A stretch of DNA of 60,967 nucleotides, counting the filler, from Pirum gemmata (Eukaryota), in NCBI GenBank assembly GCA_002812295.1. It is 9 parts of 9 records of this genome, joined end to end, with 100 filler letters (N's around TTAATTAATTAA, not from the genome) between each part and the next. Parts side by side here need not be neighbours in the genome. Positions count along the whole stretch, not along the records: positions 27,390 to 34,008 come from PDIN01000239.1; positions 34,109 to 40,699 come from PDIN01000240.1; 7 more parts are not named here. One strand, 5' to 3'. The notes under the pieces are model-generated. The model was not told where the DNA came from and made no database searches. It saw only the letters and a list, made by a program, of their open reading frames with translations. The translations under genes and the position numbers were made by a program. Each line of letters opens with the position of its first letter. Position 1 is the first letter of the stretch. Positions 28,181 to 37,731 of the stretch are shown here, piece after piece.

Positions 28181-30795
28181 ACCCCTACTATCATTTTTTG
28201 GATTTTTGAGCATAGACTATGGAACTGACTATGGGCACTATGGCGGATGCCGTCATTTTTATAGTAGGGGTGAGATGACGTCATTTTATTATTACCAAGG
28301 AGTTCAAAAAATTTGTACTCCTTGTGACCTTGTCCAAGTTGTCCTTGTGTTGTCAACTCAAGAACCCATAATTAATAGAGAAACTGCCTTAATAAAAATT
28401 GGATATAATTACACGGGTTCTGATAAAATAGCAAACATTGTTAACAGGAGTGATATGGTTTATACGGTTTCAATCAATAGACCAGGTACTGGTGGTCGTT
28501 TACTAGTTTCTGATTTATTCAAATTCAAGTTTCCTGGACCACGATATCGATATATCGATATATGATATACCAGGTATATTATCGTATATATGTATACCGT
28601 ATGATAACTTATAGAGTCATTGTAGACTACCAGTAGTACAGTAGCTGGAGGTTGATCAAACTGAGGGGTACAACATACATGCGATAACATGCCAGTGTTT
28701 ATAATTATAATCATATCAGATATACATTAATAAAATTACCAAGGACAAGTCCTTGTACTATTGTATATACGTATACATAAATGTCGCAATAATGAGGCCC
28801 CTTACTTGTGTGTATTAGGTGTATTGCCCATATTCAATCACGTGTACCCTAGTCTATCATATAATATCTGGTATTTATCAGATAATATAATGTAATACGG
28901 TTCTATCGCCTTTTATATTTATATATGTTATATTCTTAGAGTGCCTTAGTTATATGTGACTAAGAGCTTAGTAATTAAAAGAGGTACTAAGATGTGTATT
29001 ATATATGATAATTATATAATATTATATGATATCATATATATTATAAAATTATATGATGTGTATATAAAAAAAATATTTACAAAAATTTAACTTTTTTCTA
29101 GACAGTAGCACTACAGTTACTGTTAAAGGTAATGTCTCTCCTCTACTCTCTAGCTAGCTAGTAGCTATCATAGTATCGATAGCTATTTCCACTCTATTTC
29201 CACTATTTCCAAAAAAAAATATCGATATTTTTAACTTTTTTCTAGACAGTAGCACTACAGTTACTGTTAAAGGTAATGTCTCTCCACTAGCTAGCTAGTA
29301 GCTATCATAGTATCGATAGTAGCTAGCTAGAGGTCTAGCTAGCTAGCTAGACTGGGTCTCTAGGGGGGGTCTATGCTGGGGTCTATGTCTACATCAGATG
29401 TCTACATTGTCTAGGCCTATGTTGTCCAGTTCAAAAACTGAAATAAGCGTACCATATATATTATAGAAACTATCGGACATTTTTTAATTAATTTGGTATT
29501 TTATATTTAATGTTGTATTTTGTAAACAAGTTCAATCATACACTTAATTAAACAGTACCAAATTAAAGATTGAGAGGACAACAGTTACTATAATGAAATA
29601 ATATCATATCATAGACGATAGCTCCAGCTCCCCATTCCCATGATTTTTTTTTAAAAAACTGGTTTTTTTTCAATATGCATATGATATGATAATAATTATC
29701 ATTGCCCCCCCCCCCCCCTTTTTTTTTTTACTATGATAGTTAGTAGCTAGTAGCTTATTATGATACTCTAGCTAGAGTAGCTACTACTAGCTAGTAGTAG
29801 CTGAGCTGTCATAGACAAGCAAACAAGAGCAAACAAGCAACTTTGAAGCAAGCGGGATAAAAATGGCGACATCCGCCATAATACCATAATAAGAGCTCAA
29901 GAATCCAAAAAATCTCAAAATAGAGTCAAAATCCAATGTAAAAACCAGATTTTTTTGCTTTTTAAAAAATAATATTAGAATAATGTACCTTTCACCACTC
30001 TTTCACCCTATGCTTATTTCCAATATTGATAATATTATGATAAGTTCATATTATGATAACATCAGCAAAAATGTACCTGGATGCTGCCTGGAACTGGCTA
30101 GGCTACTCAGTGAAAGACTGAATTTTTTTTTTTTTAGCAAAGACTCCACAAATTTCATGGAGTCTTTGAATTAGTCTAAAAAAAAAGATTTCTACAGTTT
30201 TATCTATAGGTAGCTTGCCTAAAAATAAAATGAAATAAAATAAAATAAAATAAAATTTCTCTTTATGATAAAAGTAATAATAATAATCATAATACCGGTA
30301 TTATCATATATATATCTTGATATGGATATAATAATATATATATGCCACTGATATGCCACATAATAATTATGATAATCATTCAGTCGCAAGACTCGCAACT
30401 GGAGGGACACCCAAATAAGCTGACATGGCTTACAAAGTCTTACAACCTGGGGTCCAAACAAATATGATAGACCCCGGCCTAATCAGACTCTAATCAGGCA
30501 GAGGATAATCAGGAAAATAATGCAGACTACCGGTAGCTACTAGAGTTTACTATAAATACAGAGAAAAACGGTCCAAAACCAAGCACAAAAAACAATAAAA
30601 TAAATATTATATATAATTTATATAGATATTATTATAATGAAATTTGTGATTTTCGATTAATAGTTTTTTTAAAGTGTTCAATGTTTTTAACATTTTATAA
30701 TAAATAAAGTATTGATATACGTAGTCTCTATTGCTGTCCTTCAAAAAAAAAAAAAAAAAAAAAAAACTTGTATTTTAATTAAAAACCAAAAGGCA

Positions 30796-32645
30796 ATGTT
30801 GCTACTTTTTCTTCAACTAGCGGCCGTATTTGGTTTACTGTTCCTGTTATGTGCCAAGGAAATACGGAAAATAAGAAAAATTTGCAATGAACTATTGGAA
30901 ATAGTATTAAAACCTTTATTATTAACCTCAAAGGTCAAGAAATTTAAAATTACTAGTAGCAACAACGCTAATTTTACTAACAATAGTACTACTACTGATA
31001 ATAGTAATATTAATGTTAACATTGATATTGGTAACAAAGAGAATGAATTGAAAAAAGTAAAAGATAGAATAACACATCACAACCGCCCTTACATAATGGG
31101 AATAGCTTGGCAAATGATTATGGGTTATGGATTTTATAAGAATGGTTTTTTATCAAGTTGTACTCGTTCATTAGAAATGCAAAAGTGCAAAACTGAAATA
31201 ATTATGGCCATGAATAAAAGAATCTATGCCAACGCTAAAAAACAGTAAGATACCAGAATCAGTTGTAATAATATAAATAACAAAACGAAGATTAAGGACT
31301 TCAATAACATGTACAATGACCAAGAATTCGAATCCGGCATGAATACTGGTTGTGATGATTTTGATTATGAAATAATAGAAAAATTTTATCGACAAGGTCA
31401 AAATGACGAAAATGAAGGACTACAACGTTTGATAGAAGAAGTAGTTTTTGAAAAAGAAAGGCAGCTTTTGGATTTGCCAACTGACTTTGACCTCTGGCAA
31501 CCCCAAAAATTGACCGAGAACCTTTCTGATCTTGCCGATGCTCTCTCATCAAGCAGCACCCTTGACAAGATATTAATGTTTTTGGGAATGAAAGATATAG
31601 TCTCTCGAGAAAGTAACTTTTACAAAGCACAGGTATTAATTTGATATGAAAGTTTTTTTAAACAAAATTAATTAATTAAGATATAATTTAATTTCGATTG
31701 TTATATGTAATATATAGTTATTAAATGTTCTAATAATTTTATGAGTTTGTTTTTAAAGCTACGTATACGTAGTTAATAGAATATATATAATAATAGCATA
31801 TAATGTATAATATTATATACATATAATATATATATAGCTACGTATACGTAGATACATATGTATATATAATATAGCTAGCTATAGGTAAAACTAATCAATT
31901 TATTATATTATTATCCACATTTACTATACTAAAGTTCCATTGTTTCCGTCATAATATGATTTTTCCGTCATATGATGATTTTATTTATTCATTATAATTA
32001 TATTATAGTATTCATTAGTAGAATTTTATATAATTTACATAATTACACTCTCATTTCAATACCTCATAATAAGTTTGACGATATTAATATTTTTATGTTA
32101 AATATAATTGAGTGAAACGAATCGAAACAGAGCCAATATTAAAACCACACTATCAATTAATTATATAATGTATATAAGTGAAACAAATCGAAAAAGAGGC
32201 AATATTATATATATTATAAATTAATGATATATAACATCTAAGAACTGTTTTTTAATGAACAATGTGATTATATTGTTATATAGGTGTATATTCGAGATTA
32301 CGTGTACGCTGAGGACTGGCCTAAGGATTGCTTTTTTGCTGATGTTATCGATATTGGAAAGAAGCATGGGGTTGAAACTTACGGTTGTTTAGCAGAATTA
32401 ATAGCTGGTTTTTGCTATAATGTTCCTAAAGTTTTCAGTATAGTAGTATGGAACTCTCTCCACGCGCAAGACCTAGATCATCAATTGCCTTATGATTTAC
32501 AACAAAAGGATATTTATTGCAATTATAACTCCGACAGTCCCGAATACAAAGAAACCGACACCAACATCGACACTAATACCAGTACCAGCATCAGCACATG
32601 TACATGCGCCAACAACAACAACAACAACAACAACAGCAGCAGCAA

Positions 32646-32686
<41 letters not shown>

Positions 32687-32956
32687 GCAGCTCTTGTAAT
32701 TCAACAACAAACACCGGGAAACAGTTATTTTCTTCCATAAAATTAGCGGTTCGCCATTGCAGAAATTTAAGTGATTACGAATTGATTAATTTAAACTCCA
32801 AAGTTACAGACGTTCATGCGGATCGTGGTAGACGGATATTACATAGTTTAGTAAATTAGAATATTGTAAATCACCCAAACTTGAAATACATACTTCGTTC
32901 CACTTCGGAATTTGAATTTCACAGCATTAACCTCATGCAAGCCAACAATTTGATGT

Positions 32957-33022
<66 letters not shown>

Positions 33023-33111
33023 TGCCCTCATATAATTTCATATCAACAGTATGCACACATACTGCTGCATATAACACTATAAATATTATCAGATATGTCT
33101 ACAGATTGTAG
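30796..33111 (+). pseudogene. Two-exon gene of unknown function with N-terminal TM and two in-frame stops (exons 30796-31632, 32284-33111)
   Basis: The ORF pairs on each exon share a frame, separated only by TAA 31246-31248 and TAG 32857-32859. Intron CAG|GTATTA...TAG|GTG is in phase. Confidence 0.55.
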
Positions 33112-33190
33112 ACACGTGCATATAAAACTTATATGTACACATGGAAATTGCATATCGGTTTTTTTTTTGCTGTGAATAATAATAATAACA

Positions 33191-33221
<31 letters not shown>

Positions 33222-33569
33222 TAATAATAATAATAATAATAATAATAACCAACCTATCATAGAAGCCCTTTAAAGCAAACTTGACCAAATGCTATAGCGC
33301 TGAACAGCAACAATCATCAACCAACACAGAACGAACAGGCTGGCTTGAGACAGGTAGAATAAAAGTTAGAACAGAAAATCACTAAACTGGGGTAGCCTTT
33401 GAAGAAAAAGAAAACGCGACTAACAATTGGCAAAGAGGACATACAAAAAGGCAAACTAAACTGGACGAACAGATAGCTCGATTAAAAAATCAAGTATCTA
33501 ACATAGATAACCCAACCTCACAATTCATAAGTCAAATCACCACTAAACTAGATAATCTGCAATCAATAA

Positions 33570-34008
33570 GATGAGTACAATCACCACCAATCAACTCAAT
33601 ATAATCCAATACAATATTAAAACTCAATAAAAAACAGAAAATCTGAACTAGAACATTTATTACACACAATGACATCCACATTTGCGCATTAAATAAAACA
33701 AAACTAACACCAACTGATACTTTGGTATTACAGGGTCCTTAGGAAAGAATGTACTCAATAGAAAGGAGGTGAAGTAGCCCTTTTAATTCATAAAAACATA
33801 ACCTTCAATACGTAAAATTTAATTATACAAACGATAATGATGAAGACTATCACCCAAGCAATCACCAAGAGCAATAATTATTAATAATTAACTATTATAG
33901 AGCCCCCAATGCAAAGATCAATACCAATCTAATGAAATTGGAAAAACAAAAAATATACAAACATTGATACTAGTAGGAGACCTAAATGGTCACCACCTGG
34001 CCTGAAAC
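33570..34008 (+). mobile_element. Degenerate non-LTR retrotransposon (LINE), APE endonuclease region; possible ORF1 tail ~33250-33570
   Basis: Across frameshifts: LNIIQYNI, RKSELEHLL, IHICALNKTKL, RKGGEVALLIHKNI, YRAPN, ILVGDLNGHH. Confidence 0.8.
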
Positions 34009-34228
34009 NNNNNNNNNNNNNNNNNNNNNNNNNNNNNNNNNNNNNNNNNNNNTTAATTAATTAANNNNNNNNNNNNNNNNNNNNNNNNNNNNNNNNNNNN
34101 NNNNNNNNTTTTTTTTTTGTTTTTTTTTTTTTTTTTCCCTGGTGTCGTGAGCTGTTACCATAATTGGTGCTTGAAATAGTTAATTTGATCGTGATTTTAA
34201 CGCATCAAAAAACATATTAATCCGGGGT

Positions 34229-35287
34229 CTAATTTTGAGGTGGCGTTGTAGTTTTCGTGTAACAAGTATAGCAACATGGACCAATATTAGTATTCTTTGG
34301 TTCTAAACACAAAAAACAAAACTCCTTGATTTTGTTACAATTGTAACAATTAAAACAAAGAAAAGTAATGTAACGAGGGTTTCGATTGGACGAAATTGAT
34401 TTTCCACAATCTAAACAATTATTTATTGGTGTAGACCAATCAATGAAAAATTTTCTACGTATGATTTTTTGTATAAAATAAGGAATATTATATTTGTAAA
34501 ACACTACTAATTGCTTCAAGTGGTATTCACAAAGTCTATACTTATATTTTTTGATTTTTTTAAAACAAAAATAACACTTAGTATTACCATGAAGTCGACA
34601 ATATAATCTTCGAAGATAAAAAGGATTTTCTTTCTTTTCCGATGTCGTGTTTAAATGATTTATAAATGGTAAAAGAAGAGTTTTTTCTAATTTTTCTAAT
34701 GGATAATTACAATTTTCTGTATAACACTTCTTCTTGTGTTGCTGCTGTTCATTGTTGGAAAATCGTTCAAAACAACAAGACCCAACTATATAAACAAATT
34801 CTCCACCACTAATAAAACATACTTTTTTGATTATATGACCACAGTAACAAATAAAAAAATCTAATAAATTAATTGTACATTGGTTTTTCTTTGATAATTC
34901 TTCCATTAAACCATTCAATATTTCGCTATCAAAGTTACTAAAATCTTCATACATTAAAAAAATCAAATTACTACCAACATCTTTGGAAGTTGTTATATTT
35001 GGAAAGATCAAATGCTCTTGTTTACATTTTTTAAATTCGTCCAATAAATTTAACCTATTTAAAATTTGAACCAGAGGTGGATATGTAATAATATTATCTT
35101 GACCTGTTTTATAGGGTACTTCAAAAGCCAAAGGGTATTTTTTCTTTATAGTACATAAATAATTCGTTACATATTCATCAGAAGTATTGCATTCTAACTC
35201 TTTTAATACGGATCGTAAAGTACGCAAATAATATTTATCATCTTTGTTGATTACATCGCATATGTTTTGTAATATTTGGTTATTCAT
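34229..35287 (-). CDS. Cys-rich, multi zinc-ribbon hypothetical protein, giant-virus-like
   Basis: Intronless 352 aa with ICYCGHII...IVGSCCFERF and several CxxC pairs. Confidence 0.75.
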   Translation of the reverse strand: MNNQILQNICDVINKDDKYYLRTLRSVLKELECNTSDEYVTNYLCTIKKKYPLAFEVPYKTGQDNIITYPPLVQILNRLNLLDEFKKCKQEHLIFPNITTSKDVGSNLIFLMYEDFSNFDSEILNGLMEELSKKNQCTINLLDFFICYCGHIIKKVCFISGGEFVYIVGSCCFERFSNNEQQQHKKKCYTENCNYPLEKLEKTLLLPFINHLNTTSEKKENPFYLRRLYCRLHGNTKCYFCFKKIKKYKYRLCEYHLKQLVVFYKYNIPYFIQKIIRRKFFIDWSTPINNCLDCGKSISSNRNPRYITFLCFNCYNCNKIKEFCFLCLEPKNTNIGPCCYTCYTKTTTPPQN

Positions 35288-35379
35288 TTTTATTTTCTTT
35301 TTTTATTCGTTTTTTTTTCCTTTTTTAATTGGAACTTTATCTCTCTTATAAAATAAAATAAAGTAAAGTAAAATAAAAA

Positions 35380-35805
35380 TTAACCAATAAAGGGCATGTT
35401 ACAAGCGACAAGTGATACTATATTACCAATAACAGGAACAAAATTACCGAAAGAACACAATGCATTAAGATATAAATAATATAAAATGAATGTAACAACT
35501 AACGAGGCTATCCAACCATGAAGGGTAAAAGGTGTTTTAACACCATAGTATATAGCAAACCCTAGAAGAGGTAAAGACATGGGGTTGGAGAGGAAAACCG
35601 AAAAGCCTCCTATACCAAAAAAGACAAAAGTCAACCAAAACTGAGTCCAGTCTTTCAATAAATAGTTGATTATAAGAAGAAACGGAGCCACTAGCCCTGG
35701 TAAGGTTAAAGATGCTATCAAACTAACCGTAAAGCGGACCTGTAATAACATTTCATGTACCTTCTTTTCCCATTCGGCTTTTTTTTCTACTTCTGTTTGT
35801 GTCAT
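35380..35805 (-). CDS. Small multi-pass membrane protein
   Basis: 141-aa intronless ORF with 4-5 hydrophobic segments and a TAAATG start context. Confidence 0.75.
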   Translation of the reverse strand: MTQTEVEKKAEWEKKVHEMLLQVRFTVSLIASLTLPGLVAPFLLIINYLLKDWTQFWLTFVFFGIGGFSVFLSNPMSLPLLGFAIYYGVKTPFTLHGWIASLVVTFILYYLYLNALCSFGNFVPVIGNIVSLVACNMPFIG

Positions 35806-35820
35806 TTATTAGAATATTTT

Positions 35821-36084
35821 TTATTTTTTAAAAAAAAATCGTAATACTTCCATTTCTATTTTTAAAGAAATTAAATCTTGTACTATTTTAGAGTTGATTT
35901 CTTTCAAGTATTGGTTTTCTATGCACTTTAACTTATAATTATTCTCTTTGGTAGTATTATTATCTTTGGTAGTATTATCTTTCAAGGTAAATAAAGATAA
36001 TTTTCTGTTTATGTTATGAAGAAAATGTCTTTTACAATTTTCTTCTTCACTCGATAATTCTTCTTCACTACTACTACTATTCAT
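35821..36084 (-). CDS. Small hypothetical protein
   Basis: 87-aa ORF ending 15 bp before the next gene; acidic N-terminus, coiled-coil-like C-terminus. Confidence 0.6.
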   Translation of the reverse strand: MNSSSSEEELSSEEENCKRHFLHNINRKLSLFTLKDNTTKDNNTTKENNYKLKCIENQYLKEINSKIVQDLISLKIEMEVLRFFFKK

Positions 36085-36108
36085 ATATTATTTATTAAAA
36101 AACAAAAT

Positions 36109-36141
<33 letters not shown>

Positions 36142-36168
36142 AATAATATAAACATATTAAAATAAAGA

Positions 36169-36592
36169 ATGAGTAAATTAAATGATTATTTATATTACCA
36201 AATGAGTCAAAACAACTCCAATAAAACTAATCCTTATTTATATCATTCCTTGTTAAACAATAAAGATGGAAAAGATAACGATGCGTTGTTGTACTATTCT
36301 ATGATGAACAACAATGGTGGTATTAGTGATAAAAACAATTCTTTCCTTTATTATTCCTTAATGAACAAAAAGAACAAAAAACATGATCCTTTGCTGATGT
36401 ATACTCTTATGAACACCGAAGGTCAAGGTAGTAAAAGGTGGAAAGGCAATCCATTCCTATACCATTCATTACTAAACTCGGATAAAAGTCCCAAAGACGA
36501 GTCCAAGTATTTGTATTGGTCTTTATTAAATGGTAACGGAAAAAACAATAATTATTTGTACTGGTATTTTTTAAACCAAAAAAATGATGATA

Positions 36593-36628
<36 letters not shown>

Positions 36629-36669
36629 TTGATGATGTTGATGTTGATGATGTTGATGATGATAATTGA
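36169..36669 (+). CDS. Asn/Tyr-rich repeat protein with acidic tail
   Basis: Eight degenerate [YFL]L[YM][YHW]SL[LM]N repeats and a poly-Asp C-terminus. Confidence 0.8.
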
Positions 36670-36732
36670 TGATGATAATTGATGAAAAAATTTAATTTTT
36701 TTTTTATTTTTTTTTTGTATAAATAAATCAAA

Positions 36733-36999
36733 ATGCGCTCCGTTCGATCATCACGTTTACGTTCACCAAGAAGATACTCATCACCCCTATTTGACACATA
36801 CTTAGGCGCTGTAAGTAAAAAGAGAAGTAAGTGCTGGTACAAAAGCAACGCAACAGGTGGTTACAGAAAGAAAAATAAATGCAAAAAGAAAAAAAATCGC
36901 AGCCGTAGCCGAGGTAGCCGTAGCCGAGGTAGCCGTAGCCGAGGTAGCCGTAGCCGAGGCCGTAGCCGTAGCCGTAGCCGTAGCCGTAGCCGTCGTTAA
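36733..36999 (+). CDS. Small Arg/Ser-rich basic (protamine-like) protein
   Basis: 88 aa, very basic, with SRSRG/RS repeats at the C-terminus. Confidence 0.8.
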   Translation: MRSVRSSRLRSPRRYSSPLFDTYLGAVSKKRSKCWYKSNATGGYRKKNKCKKKKNRSRSRGSRSRGSRSRGSRSRGRSRSRSRSRSRR

Positions 37000-37046
37000 G
37001 TTAAGTAAGTTAAGTTAAGTTAAGTTTTTTAAAAAAAAAAAATATT

Positions 37047-37065
37047 TTTTATGATTATCATAAAA
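37047..37065. terminator. AT-rich palindrome between convergent genes
   Basis: TTTTATGAT-T-ATCATAAAA, with perfect 9-bp arms, lies between the stops at 36999 and 37070. Confidence 0.4.
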
Positions 37066-37069
37066 TCAT

Positions 37070-37630
37070 TCAAAGAGAATTATTGAATATAATTATAATA
37101 AATATAAGAACAACATAAAAGACAACATTATCAAAGTATTTTAAAATAGATGGATTGAAACAAAGACCTGTTGTTATGTCTAAAGTCTCTTTGGGGTGAT
37201 TTCCACCTCTATTTTTAGTAAATTCTGTTTGCAAACAACCCATATGTGAAGTATATAATAATAAAAATAATACAAGAATTAAAGCATATTTTGTATTACG
37301 ATAAAATAGTAGTATAAACGTAGGTAATGCAAAAATAATTATGTCATTGAAATGATCAAAATAATCACCAAATTTTGTTATTTCATTATACTCACGAGCA
37401 TACATCCCGTCAATGTAGTCAAAATACATACGAAGTAATAAAAAGAATATTGATAGTTCATATTTTTGATAATAAAAATTATAAAGAAAAAATATGGTTG
37501 ATATAACACTTAAACCAGTTAACATGTTTGGAGTTACTTTCAGTTTTCTCCAAAATCGTAGAGAAGGTTTAATTAGTTCACTGTATTCTGTATCAAATAC
37601 TCCTGTACCAGACTTTATCGTATTAACCAT
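37070..37630 (-). CDS. CDP-alcohol phosphatidyltransferase family protein
   Basis: VTPNMLT plus the full signature DYIDGMYAREYNEITKFGDYFDHFND; multiple TMs. Confidence 0.92.
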   Translation of the reverse strand: MVNTIKSGTGVFDTEYSELIKPSLRFWRKLKVTPNMLTGLSVISTIFFLYNFYYQKYELSIFFLLLRMYFDYIDGMYAREYNEITKFGDYFDHFNDIIIFALPTFILLFYRNTKYALILVLFLLLYTSHMGCLQTEFTKNRGGNHPKETLDITTGLCFNPSILKYFDNVVFYVVLIFIIIIFNNSL

Positions 37631-37731
37631 TTATGCTTTTATTATTTTTATTATTATTTTTTTTATTATATAAGCTCAATTATTTACTTTATTTTATTTT
37701 TATTTTTTTATTTTTTCATTTTTTCATTTTT

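Noticed and set aside
28206..28714. 119-aa and 84-aa ORFs as genes
   Set aside because: They overlap MITE ends and hairpin repeats and show no recognisable motif.
29086..29320. Local tandem duplications (also ~7235-7485, ~13872-14000, ~23777-23840) as LTRs
   Set aside because: Adjacent short copies with no internal coding region, TG..CA ends or primer-binding site.
31246..32859. TAA/TAG reassignment (alternative genetic code)
   Set aside because: Copine, the H+-ATPase, the EEP protein and the LRR receptor all end at TAA or TAG, and the long conserved exons I read have no internal stops.
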